A stretch of 64,000 bases of DNA from Candidatus Riflebacteria bacterium HGW-Riflebacteria-1. Lineage in GTDB: Bacteria > Muiribacteriota > Ozemobacteria > Ozemobacterales > Ozemobacteraceae. Below the pieces are notes generated by a model that worked only from the letters and a program-made list of their open reading frames with translations, was not told the DNA's origin and searched no databases. The stretch covers positions 110,558-174,557 of the forward strand of contig PGYB01000007.1 of assembly GCA_002839445.1 (NCBI GenBank), read 5' to 3'. The position numbers were made by a program, and so were the translations under genes. Positions within the stretch are counted from its first letter, which is position 1. Every line of letters starts with the position of its first letter. Below, piece after piece: positions 1 to 8,425 of the stretch.

Positions 1-2166
1 ATCCCAGTTTTCGCCAAGGTTGATCTTTACCAGGAAATCGCCCTCAATATCGTTGTTCGAAAGGTCACCGAGCAGATACTTGTAAAATGGCTCGATATCA
101 CGGTCTTCGAAGATGTAGGTTCTGATGAAATTCTGAACTTTTGAATACGGCTTGATGCGGTCGAGGCACTGTTCATACTGGCGTTCGATCATGCCGTCTT
201 TTGAAATGCGGGTGAGCTTGGTCGAAAAGACTTCAACCTGCTTTTTGATAGATTGGCTCTGCACGCTTAGAAATCGCAGGTAGTCTTCGGCGCAGCCGAT
301 ACAGAACATTTCGTATTCCATGTCAACCGCTTCTTTAGCTTCTTTGAGCAGCTTATCGCGTTCGTCATTGAGGTCGGTCATGCGCAGAACCGTGCCGAGT
401 TCCATGAGCTTGCCGCCCAGGCCGGCAAAGCCACTCAGCCGCTCTTTGAGGCGATTCGCAATCTCGCGGTATTCGCGTTGTTCTTTGTCGAGCTTGGCTT
501 TGATCTCCTGAACCTTGCGGCTGAGGATCTCGCGGGGGTAGCGTGAAAGATACTTTTCAAAAGCCACCAGGAAATCTACTGCGATATGGGCACCGAGATC
601 AGGGTTATTGATGATCTCAATGACCTTTTCAAGCAGGTGTTCGCCGGTTTTGACTGCAGCCTGTTCAAAACTGACCTTGACCTTTGCTCTTATTTCGTCT
701 TTTTTGACGCGGTTCTGGTTCATTTCATCGATCTGGCGCAGAATAAAGGCTGATGCCGATTCGCCATCGCGCTGTTTGCTGGCGGTGCGCATAGTGTGGA
801 ACATCGGGTTATCCCAGAACTGCTTGCGATCAATGACCTCTTTTGTCATCAGAAAGAGCGCTTCGGGGGTAAGGTCGACTTTGCCGGGGTTGTTCTCAGC
901 GAATTCCTGCACCATTGAGTCAATTAGAATGCGGTCTACCGAGAGGCGAAGCCAGTAGGTGAGATCCATTGACAGCTTGAAGGTGTAGAGGTCTCTGATA
1001 ACGTCAAGCGGGTAATAGAAGCTCTTAAAGCCGGCCGAGCTGAAACATTTAAGCTGCTTTCCCTCAAGATCTGAGCTGTTCTGGCCGAGAATCTGCGAAG
1101 CGTTGTCAAGCATCGAGTTCTGCGCCTGGCGCATCTGAGTGGCCAGTTTGGTGAATATCAGTTCAGAGGCGATGGCGTAATAGGTCGGAATGTCGTCCTG
1201 GTTGCTGGTGCCGAGAAGGTAGCATTGATCAAACGGTGTTTCTTCGCATACCGAGCCAAAAGTAGTGCCGTCATTGCTTTTGCCGACCGGCCCGTAGTTA
1301 ACCATGAACTTGTTGCGGCGGTCCTGGTTGATAATATCTTTGGCACTGCGGCTCGGTGGAAAGTGCTCTTTATTCATGAAATAGAAGGTTTCGACGAGAG
1401 AAGCGTAACCATTGCCTTCGAGACGCCCGGTTGAATTGACGTTGGGGTCGATGGCGATCTGGGTAAATGCTTCTGGAGTCAGCATGATGCCGATAATGCT
1501 CGGCTTGCCGCGCCCGCCAGAAAGCTGATAATAGGCCATTTTCATGAGATAGGCGATGTCGAGAAACATGCCGGCGCCCGAACCGCCGCACAAAGAGCCG
1601 ACGATGTAAAACTCGGGAGTCAGTATCTGGCCTTGTTTGTTGGTCAACGGAACGATGATGTCGTCCTGGTTAACGTTGCTGCGCGCCATGATGCGGCTCA
1701 TCTTGGTCTTGATCTGCTGAAAAATTTTCTGTACATCGACAAAAACACCAAAGCGGCCGGTAAACCTGAACTGGTGCGCGCCCTGGCTGATCTGGCCAAT
1801 ATGGTTTTTGAGTTTCTGCGGAAACCATTCGTAAAGATAATTGTAGGTGTCAGAGTCGAGATTGCCGGTTATCTGACCGGCATTCTGAATGTTGATCTGA
1901 TGATACTCGCTTTCAGTAAGCTTAGCGGCGGTTTTCGCCTCTTCTTCTGACTGGCTGGCATCAAAGATGTCGGTATCAATACATAGCAGATCGATGAAAT
2001 CGGGGAGCGCAGGTTGTTTGTCGCCTGAAAGCGAAAATGCCTTTCTGATTTGCGGGCTGCTGAGAAAGGTTTCCTTAAAGTTGATCAGCGATTTCTTGCC
2101 TGTACCGCCAAGTCCAACGATAAGAGCGGGGTTCAGGGCTATCCTGTTTTCGTAGTTTGTACTCAT
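1..2166 (-). CDS. Tubulin/FtsZ-like GTPase domain protein (Tubulin_2/FtsZl1-like), >=722 aa, 3' end outside window
   Basis: Not in the ORF track. Manual translation from ATG at 2166 gives MSTNYENRIALNPALIVGLGGTGKK...LLCIDTD...QGAHQFRFTGRFG...FYIVGSLCGGSGAGMFLD...GNGYASLVE. Spot-checked segments, including bases 1-180, show no stop in this frame. Confidence 0.85.
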   Translation of the reverse strand, partial: MSTNYENRIALNPALIVGLGGTGKKSLINFKETFLSSPQIRKAFSLSGDKQPALPDFIDLLCIDTDIFDASQSEEEAKTAAKLTESEYHQINIQNAGQITGNLDSDTYNYLYEWFPQKLKNHIGQISQGAHQFRFTGRFGVFVDVQKIFQQIKTKMSRIMARSNVNQDDIIVPLTNKQGQILTPEFYIVGSLCGGSGAGMFLDIAYLMKMAYYQLSGGRGKPSIIGIMLTPEAFTQIAIDPNVNSTGRLEGNGYASLVETFYFMNKEHFPPSRSAKDIINQDRRNKFMVNYGPVGKSNDGTTFGSVCEETPFDQCYLLGTSNQDDIPTYYAIASELIFTKLATQMRQAQNSMLDNASQILGQNSSDLEGKQLKCFSSAGFKSFYYPLDVIRDLYTFKLSMDLTYWLRLSVDRILIDSMVQEFAENNPGKVDLTPEALFLMTKEVIDRKQFWDNPMFHTMRTASKQRDGESASAFILRQIDEMNQNRVKKDEIRAKVKVSFEQAAVKTGEHLLEKVIEIINNPDLGAHIAVDFLVAFEKYLSRYPREILSRKVQEIKAKLDKEQREYREIANRLKERLSGFAGLGGKLMELGTVLRMTDLNDERDKLLKEAKEAVDMEYEMFCIGCAEDYLRFLSVQSQSIKKQVEVFSTKLTRISKDGMIERQYEQCLDRIKPYSKVQNFIRTYIFEDRDIEPFYKYLLGDLSNNDIEGDFLVKINLGENWD

Positions 2167-2344
2167 TTTTAAAGACGCTCCCGTATTGGAGATAATTTGC
2201 CAAAGTATAGTCTCAGGCTAAACCCTGTGTCAAGAAAAGCAAAAATAAACGTTTACTGAAGTTTTACCTTGTCGAAGCATTCTGTTATACTGGCAGGGCA
2301 AAAAGTATTAAAACTTAATCTGGCATTGAAGAACGGAGAATTCT

Positions 2345-3289
2345 ATGAAACCCCTGGAACTCAGTTGCATTGCCGGAGTCTGGAATACATCTCTGGGTCT
2401 TCTCAGCGAACACCTGGATGGGGTCGGCAGCGACCTTCAGCTCTGGTTTCCTTGGGGCGGCATCTGGCGCGGTCGCGACCTTGCCGGTAGTCTGCCACCG
2501 ACCGATTTTCCTGACGATCTGGTCAAGCCTGGAATAAGCCGTTTTGGCGGGCGCTTCTGGAAAACTGTCGCAGTCAATTCTACCACCTGGCTGATAAGTG
2601 TGCGCGCCCCTAACTCTGCTTCGCCTGAGATGGCAACCTGGGAACTGACAGAAAAGGCACGTGAGTCGCTGAAGATGCTTGCAGATTTTGTCAGACTGGA
2701 GTGCCTGCTTGGCCTGACAATGAAAATACTCGAAAATCAATCACGCGAAAACATCGGGCACTGGGATCGTGTGCGCCATTTTAGCGTGGCTATAGGCTGC
2801 GAACTTGGATTAGCGCCGCGCGAAATCGCTGATCTGGAAATGGCGGCCCTGTTGCATGATCTTGGCAAAGTTGGACTTCCTGATGAGCTGCTTGAGCTCG
2901 CTGGTCCGCTCGACGAAGACGAGCGCAAAAAAGTTGAGGCGCATTCACTGATCGGATCAGCCATGATTCGCGAGATTCCGGGCATGGAAATGGTTGCCGA
3001 GATGGTTTTGAGTCACCACGAAGCTATCGACGGTTCTGGCTATCCGCGCGGTCTCAAACGCGAAGAAATTCCTTTTGGCTCTCTGATTATCGCGGTTGCC
3101 GACTCTTTTGATGCGATGACGCATTATCGTCCATACGCGATTGAGCGCACCTACCTTGAAAGCTTTACTGAAATGAGCGAGGAAAAGGGCAAATTCTCGC
3201 CCGAAGTTCTCGCCGCGCTTGAAAGAGTGCTTAAAAACCTGGGGATTATTGATGCCAAGCCTCTTGTTGGCAACAGAGAAGACTGGTAA
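2345..3289 (+). CDS. HD-GYP domain protein (putative cyclic di-nucleotide phosphodiesterase)
   Basis: LLHDLGKVG, HHEAIDGSGYP and DSFDAMT motifs. Confidence 0.85.
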   Translation: MKPLELSCIAGVWNTSLGLLSEHLDGVGSDLQLWFPWGGIWRGRDLAGSLPPTDFPDDLVKPGISRFGGRFWKTVAVNSTTWLISVRAPNSASPEMATWELTEKARESLKMLADFVRLECLLGLTMKILENQSRENIGHWDRVRHFSVAIGCELGLAPREIADLEMAALLHDLGKVGLPDELLELAGPLDEDERKKVEAHSLIGSAMIREIPGMEMVAEMVLSHHEAIDGSGYPRGLKREEIPFGSLIIAVADSFDAMTHYRPYAIERTYLESFTEMSEEKGKFSPEVLAALERVLKNLGIIDAKPLVGNREDW

Positions 3290-3305
3290 ATCAGCTGGAG
3301 GAATT

Positions 3306-4268
3306 ATGAAATTGCGCGTATTTTTGATGATTTTTGCTGTCACCTTTTTGGCTGCTGTTGCAGTTTCTGCCGATACCATGCGAGTTGGCGTCGTGCTGTC
3401 GATTGGCGGGCTTGGCGACGAATCGTTTAATGATGCCGCATATCAGGGTATCATGCAGTTGCGCAAAGAAGGCGACTACGTTGTTGAAGTTGTCGAGCCA
3501 GGCAGTATAAGCGGTATTGAACCTGCACTGCGTTATTTTTGTCAGCGCGATATGGATATGGTCTGCGCCGTTGGCATTTTTGCCAATGACGCTGTGCGCC
3601 GCATCGCTGCAGAATTTCCTGAAAGCCGTATTGTTCTTATTGATTCAGTTGTAACTATGCCCAATGTGTTGTCTATTCTGTTTGACGAAGAACAGGGCTC
3701 ATTTTATGCCGGCGCGTTTGCTGCTTTATCAAGTAAAAGCGATATCGTAGGCTTTCTCGGTGGCATGGATTCGCCGGTAATCGCCAGCTTTGAGCGTGGC
3801 TTTACCAATGGCGTAAAGTTTGTTAAGCCGCAGGCAACCGTTCTGTCGCACTATATCGGCAGCACACCAGAAGCCTTTGACATGCCCGAAAAGGCATTCA
3901 ATCTTGGCATGGATATGGCAAAACAGGGCGCCGATCTTATTTATCATGCTTCTGGTCGTAGTGGCCTCGGTCTGATTCAGGCTTCTCGCCGTGGTAATTA
4001 TCTGGTGATCGGCGTAGATTCAGATCAGAGTCGCACCGCTCCAGGTAAAGTGCCGGCCAGTATGGTAAAACGCATAGATAACGCTTTGGTCAAGGCCGCC
4101 GAAATAATGCGCAAAGATGCTTTTGCCGGCGGTATCTGGACAATGAGCCTGCAGGATCACGGTATTGAGCTTGTTCATTCGCGCTTTAACCGCGACCTGC
4201 TTAACGCCGACGCACTTGCCAGGCTCAAAGAGATCGAAGAATTTCTGATGTACAAAACGGCCAGATAA
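3306..4268 (+). CDS. BMP/PnrA-family substrate-binding protein (nucleoside-binding type)
   Basis: GGLGDESFN, EEQGSFYAG, IGVDSDQ and SMVKRID motifs; RBS GGAGG before ATG 3306; signal peptide without an obvious lipobox Cys. Confidence 0.85.
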   Translation: MKLRVFLMIFAVTFLAAVAVSADTMRVGVVLSIGGLGDESFNDAAYQGIMQLRKEGDYVVEVVEPGSISGIEPALRYFCQRDMDMVCAVGIFANDAVRRIAAEFPESRIVLIDSVVTMPNVLSILFDEEQGSFYAGAFAALSSKSDIVGFLGGMDSPVIASFERGFTNGVKFVKPQATVLSHYIGSTPEAFDMPEKAFNLGMDMAKQGADLIYHASGRSGLGLIQASRRGNYLVIGVDSDQSRTAPGKVPASMVKRIDNALVKAAEIMRKDAFAGGIWTMSLQDHGIELVHSRFNRDLLNADALARLKEIEEFLMYKTAR

Positions 4269-4286
4269 AATTAGAGGGTACAGCCC

Positions 4287-4315
4287 TTGCGGCTTTCGTG
4301 CCAGATTCTTATAAT
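4287..4315 (+). promoter_or_regulatory. sigma70-type promoter TTGCGG-N17-TATAAT
   Basis: Consensus -10, 17-bp spacer, then AGGAGG RBS before ATG 4363. Confidence 0.55.
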
Positions 4316-4362
4316 CAATACATATTCGACTCTCAACTGGTTTTGTTAGCAGGAGGAAGTTT

Positions 4363-5136
4363 ATGATGACCATGACATACAGCCAAAGGCAAAATGTCTC
4401 GACAATGCTTCTTATCTCGATGCTGTTTTCGCTGTGGGTTGCCGTATCTCCAGTCGGGCAGCTGCATGCGTCTTTTCTTGCCAAAGCGAAAGATATCGGC
4501 AAGGCTATATTTGTTAATGTGGGCGCAGTAGGCGCTGGCCTCGCGGGTGGCGCACTGGGCATGGCTCTTGGCGGTGGACCGCTTGGTATGGCTGCCGGTG
4601 CTATTGGTGGTTTTATTGTCGGCAAGAAAGTCCTTAACTGGACAACCTCAAGCGTTGCTAATTTTGCCACAGTAATCGGCGCAGTCGCTGGTGGCGCGCT
4701 TTGTATCGGCATGGGTTTTCCGATGCTCGCAGTTGGCGTTATCGGTGGTGGTCTGATCGCACGTCTCGCTGTAGCGGGCGTCTCAAAGCTGTTTGGTAAA
4801 AAGACGGTTGTGCTCAAGCAGAGTGATATCGACCCGGCAGCTGCAGCCAAAGAGAGAGCCGAAGCTGCTGATTTTATGGCCAAAATGACTGGCACTTCTA
4901 CTGTTCCGGTGACAAGTGGCAGCACTGTTAAGAAAACCACAAGCGCTGCAGCTGCACCTGAAGCCAAAGCACCTGCCAAGGCCGTTGACTCCCAGACAGC
5001 TTACAGCAACTACCTGGCTGCCTATAAGCAATATATGGAAGCAACCCAGAAGGGCAACGCCGCTCTCGCCAAGAGTGCATACACCGAGTATAAAACTAAC
5101 CTCGACCTCTATAACTCGCTGATCAAAGGCAAGTAG
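4363..5136 (+). CDS. Secreted/membrane glycine-zipper protein, paralogue of 42875..43786
   Basis: Signal peptide, GxxxG-rich hydrophobic block, Thr/Ala/Pro linker, Tyr-periodic C-terminal helices. Confidence 0.75.
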   Translation: MMTMTYSQRQNVSTMLLISMLFSLWVAVSPVGQLHASFLAKAKDIGKAIFVNVGAVGAGLAGGALGMALGGGPLGMAAGAIGGFIVGKKVLNWTTSSVANFATVIGAVAGGALCIGMGFPMLAVGVIGGGLIARLAVAGVSKLFGKKTVVLKQSDIDPAAAAKERAEAADFMAKMTGTSTVPVTSGSTVKKTTSAAAAPEAKAPAKAVDSQTAYSNYLAAYKQYMEATQKGNAALAKSAYTEYKTNLDLYNSLIKGK

Positions 5137-5163
5137 GCCGCAAACCAGAGTTCGCCTAATTAC

Positions 5164-5192
5164 AAAGCCGGCCCTCGCAGGCCGGTTTTTTT
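5164..5192 (+). terminator. Intrinsic terminator
   Basis: GCCGGCC-ctcgca-GGCCGGT hairpin followed by a T-run. Confidence 0.8.
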
Positions 5193-5262
5193 ATGCCGCA
5201 AAGACGTCGAACCTACGATCGGTGCCAACAGGGTGATAGACCAATTCTAGTTGTTTTGTTAC

Positions 5263-5460
5263 TACCTTCGGCATTGTTCGATTATGCGTTTGCCCGTGCT
5301 CGTGCGTGCACCTGGGCGCTTTGTATCCTCAGGCGCTCTGGCGCACCTGGCGCATCTGGCGCATCCTACGCGTCGTAATCGTAATCGTCGTTGCTGGCAA
5401 TTACAAAGGCTACTTTTGTGTCCAGTCTTTGGCTGTGAACGAATCTTTTGTGAATAGTAT
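5263..5460. repeat. Dispersed intergenic repeat, copy 1 (CGTGCT/TCGTAA core plus internal 9-mer repeats)
   Basis: Aligns by eye with 6632-6767; contains (TGGCGCAYC)x3. Confidence 0.75.
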
Positions 5461-5502
5461 TAGAAATCAAGCAATGGTTGCGCGATACATGTATGAGCAG
5501 GC

Positions 5503-6279
5503 TCAGATACCCCACGTGTTTATGCGGGTTATCGACGTAATAACATCTTTGCGGTTAAGAGCTTCAAGGGTCATGACCGGTTTTGTCGCCGGCGCCAGCT
5601 GGTTATACCACGAAATGAGCGGCGTATAATCGAGGCAACCGTCGCCAATTGCCAGATGCTGATCGCCGGATTTATCGTTGTCATGGATATGACAGACCAG
5701 AATTTTGTCACCCAGTTTCTCCAGCCAATCCTGCATGGGTAGTTGGGAAAACAGGTTGTAGTGCCCGGTGTCAAAGCAGATTCCGGCGTTGCTCGCGGCA
5801 AGAGTCTGCAGCAACTGGTAAAGGCGATCAGGTGATGAGTCGTAGATGTTCTCAAAGGCTATCTGCAGACCAAGTTCAGCAGCCTGTTTTGTCATTTGCT
5901 TGAGTGGTTCTGTTGCTCGCTGCAGCCATTGAATATAATCTGCCTCGCTCGCGACATCACCATACCCGGGGTGAACGACAATCCTTTGCGAGCCAAGTCG
6001 GCTGGCTACATCGAGAGTTCGCAGCAGGCGATTAAGTGAGCGCTCTCTCAAGGCATCATCAGGTGATCCGATATCCTGGTCAACAAAAGGAGCGTGCAGG
6101 CTCGAAGAAAAATTATGACTGACAAGAAGCTCGCTGAGGCGCACCAGAAAATTTTCGGTGATGTTGTCTATCGAGTGACTGCTGAAATACAGTTCTGGAA
6201 ACAAATCGTAGCTGGCCAGCAGCTCGAATGCTTCGCCGTTCATGTGAGAGGTTGCCAGGGTTGCGTGTATGCGGGCCAC
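5503..6279 (-). CDS. Sugar phosphate isomerase/epimerase family (xylose isomerase-like TIM barrel)
   Basis: LHAPF, VVHPG, FENIY, CFDTGH, HIHDN and DQHL motifs. Confidence 0.85.
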   Translation of the reverse strand: MARIHATLATSHMNGEAFELLASYDLFPELYFSSHSIDNITENFLVRLSELLVSHNFSSSLHAPFVDQDIGSPDDALRERSLNRLLRTLDVASRLGSQRIVVHPGYGDVASEADYIQWLQRATEPLKQMTKQAAELGLQIAFENIYDSSPDRLYQLLQTLAASNAGICFDTGHYNLFSQLPMQDWLEKLGDKILVCHIHDNDKSGDQHLAIGDGCLDYTPLISWYNQLAPATKPVMTLEALNRKDVITSITRINTWGI

Positions 6280-6285
6280 TGGTTT

Positions 6286-6471
6286 TCAAGCTTTTTCCGG
6301 GGTGTCCGGCATAGTTGCCTCTTCGATCAGCATAACCGGAATGTCGTCACGTATCGGGTATGATCTCTTACATTCGCAGCAGTTGAGCACATCTTTTTCT
6401 TCGTCATGCACGATTTTGCCCCGGCAGGCCGGACAGGCAAGAATTTCCAGAAGTTCTTTCTTGATAGGCAT
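6286..6471 (-). CDS. Trm112/YcaR family protein
   Basis: LLEILACPACRG...C..C.RSYPIRDDIPVML; start trimmed to ATG 6471. Confidence 0.9.
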   Translation of the reverse strand: MPIKKELLEILACPACRGKIVHDEEKDVLNCCECKRSYPIRDDIPVMLIEEATMPDTPEKA

Positions 6472-6631
6472 CCAACAACTCCCATGAATACTTATGCGGT
6501 AACTGGGACTCAGTATATTGCCAACCTCGCCAAAATTCAAGAGCAGAATCATCCGCCGGTCGACAATAATCGGCCGGTCTGATATATTGCCGGACACAGG
6601 GATAATACTGATTACATTTTTTTCGTTCTTA

Positions 6632-6767
6632 TACTTTCGGCATTGTCCCTGCTATTTGCTTTTTCGTGCTCGTGCTCGTGCTCGTTCTCGTAATCGTCGT
6701 CGCTGGCGATTAAAAGGCACTCTGGTTTCTAGTTCTTTGTTGTGAACGAATTTAATGTGAATGGTAT
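6632..6767. repeat. Dispersed intergenic repeat, copy 2
   Basis: Shares TACYTTCGGCATTGT, (CGTGCT)n, TCGTAATCGTCGTYGCTGGC and TGTGAACGAAT..TGTGAATRGTAT with copy 1. Confidence 0.75.
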
Positions 6768-6770
6768 AAC

Positions 6771-7775
6771 ATGTCAGGAATTCTTGTGATGCGATTGCGT
6801 GGGCTTGGCGATATAGTCCATCTATTGCCGGTTTTACAAATGTTGCGCAAGCAGAACCCCGACGAAACGATCGGGTTTTTCTGCCAACGCCCTTTTGGTC
6901 AGATAATTCCAGCAGAATTGCACATCAGGGTCATTGAGATGCCTCCAGGAGCAGGGTTCGCTCAGTTGCTCGAACTGGCGCGGCAGATTCGCAAGTATCG
7001 TTTCGACAAGGTTTTCGATCTGTTCAGCAACCCGGCAACAGCTATAGTTACCGCTCTTTCTGGTATCAGGCAGCGCTACGGCTTCGATTATCGGGTGCGG
7101 CGCTGGGTTTACAGCCGCACTTATGCTCCGCCTGACCCGAACAAGCATCTTATGCAGCTTTTTTGCGATTTTTTTGCATATTTCGGCGTTGCTGGTGAAT
7201 TAAAGCTGCCGCAGATATCTTACTCGTCTGCTCTGATAAGCCGCGCCATGGCGGCCTTGCCTCAACAATACCGGGCAACTCGACCGCTTCTTGGAATAAA
7301 CCCGCACGCGACCTATCAGTCAAAGGCCTGGCCCGAAGAGTATTTTTGTGAGTTTATCAATCTCTGGCACAACGCTACCAGGCAGCCGGTGCTGATTACC
7401 TGGGGTCCCGGCGAACGTGCGGCGGCTGAAGCGCTTGCCGAAAAGGTTGGCCGCGACCGGGCATTTGTTCACGAAAGTCTGCGGATCGATGAATTTGCCG
7501 CGTTATTGAGCCAGTTGAACCTGTTTTTAACCTGTGATACCGGTCCGATGCACATCGCCTGGGCTGTCGACACTCCTGTGGTCGCTATTTTCGGGCCAAC
7601 AACGCGCGAACCGGTCTATCCCCGTGGTGACAAACATCTTGTGCTTTACAGCGACAGCGTCGACTGCCTGCAGTGCCATCGTGAAACCTGCAGTCACAAG
7701 AGCTGTATGTATTCTTTGACCCCGCAAAAGGTCTTTGCCGCAGTAATGAAAAAATATGATTGTTGCAAGGGCTAG
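6771..7775 (+). CDS. Glycosyltransferase family 9 (LPS heptosyltransferase-like)
   Basis: ILVMRLRGLGD, KAWPEE, DTGPMHIA and IFGPT motifs. Confidence 0.9.
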   Translation: MSGILVMRLRGLGDIVHLLPVLQMLRKQNPDETIGFFCQRPFGQIIPAELHIRVIEMPPGAGFAQLLELARQIRKYRFDKVFDLFSNPATAIVTALSGIRQRYGFDYRVRRWVYSRTYAPPDPNKHLMQLFCDFFAYFGVAGELKLPQISYSSALISRAMAALPQQYRATRPLLGINPHATYQSKAWPEEYFCEFINLWHNATRQPVLITWGPGERAAAEALAEKVGRDRAFVHESLRIDEFAALLSQLNLFLTCDTGPMHIAWAVDTPVVAIFGPTTREPVYPRGDKHLVLYSDSVDCLQCHRETCSHKSCMYSLTPQKVFAAVMKKYDCCKG

Positions 7776-7807
7776 TGTAAGTTTGAAAATTGTTTGATGA
7801 GGTAACG

Positions 7808-8359
7808 ATGCGAAAAGCTGTTTTTCTTGACCGCGATGGAACTCTAAATCCTGATCCGGGCTACATTTCAAATCCGGATGATTTCGCGCTTTTTCCTGGC
7901 GTTGGCGAAGCCCTGGCCAGGCTGAAAAAAGCTGGCTACCTGTTGATCTTGATTACCAACCAGTCTGGCATCGCGCGCGGACTCATTACCCCTGAACAGC
8001 TTGAACTGGTTCATCAGAAACTGCAAGGCCTTCTCGCGTCTGCTGATGCAGAACTTGACGCGATATATTTCTGTCCGCATCACGCTGATTACCCGCCAGT
8101 TAACGGAATTTCTGACTGCAACTGCCGAAAGCCCCGTCCCGGCATGATTTTGCAGGCCCTCAAGGATTTTGATATCGATAGAGATCGCTCCTACGTTATT
8201 GGCGACCGCAGCAAAGACATAAAGATCGGCCTCGATACTGGAATCAAGCCAATTTGTATCAGAGCGCAACCCGCACCAGGTTTTGAAAAAGTACCAACAT
8301 TTGCCAGCTTGAATGAGGCCGTTGACTGGTTGCTGGCAGATGCGGCCAATAAAGTTTGA
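7808..8359 (+). CDS. gmhB: D-glycero-D-manno-heptose 1,7-bisphosphate phosphatase (HAD IIIA)
   Basis: FLDRDGTLN, TNQSGIARG, CPHH, CRKPRPGM and IGDRSKD motifs; next to a GT9 gene. Confidence 0.85.
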   Translation: MRKAVFLDRDGTLNPDPGYISNPDDFALFPGVGEALARLKKAGYLLILITNQSGIARGLITPEQLELVHQKLQGLLASADAELDAIYFCPHHADYPPVNGISDCNCRKPRPGMILQALKDFDIDRDRSYVIGDRSKDIKIGLDTGIKPICIRAQPAPGFEKVPTFASLNEAVDWLLADAANKV

Positions 8360-8425
8360 CATTTTGCTGCCAATACTTATAATGAGCCGGTCGCTTTAGC
8401 GAACACGTGATTTTCAAGGCTGAAT

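Noticed and set aside
320..2155. Several short plus-strand ORFs
   Set aside because: Antisense shadows of the long minus-strand tubulin-like gene
4020..4979. 319-aa minus-strand ORF (similarly 57255..57974 and 43371..43856)
   Set aside because: Antisense to Gly/Ala/Pro-rich genes that have an RBS and signal or domain features
5193..5629. Short ORFs over the first dispersed repeat (also 6518..6745)
   Set aside because: Low-complexity RARAR/RNR translations of repeats, with no RBS or family motif
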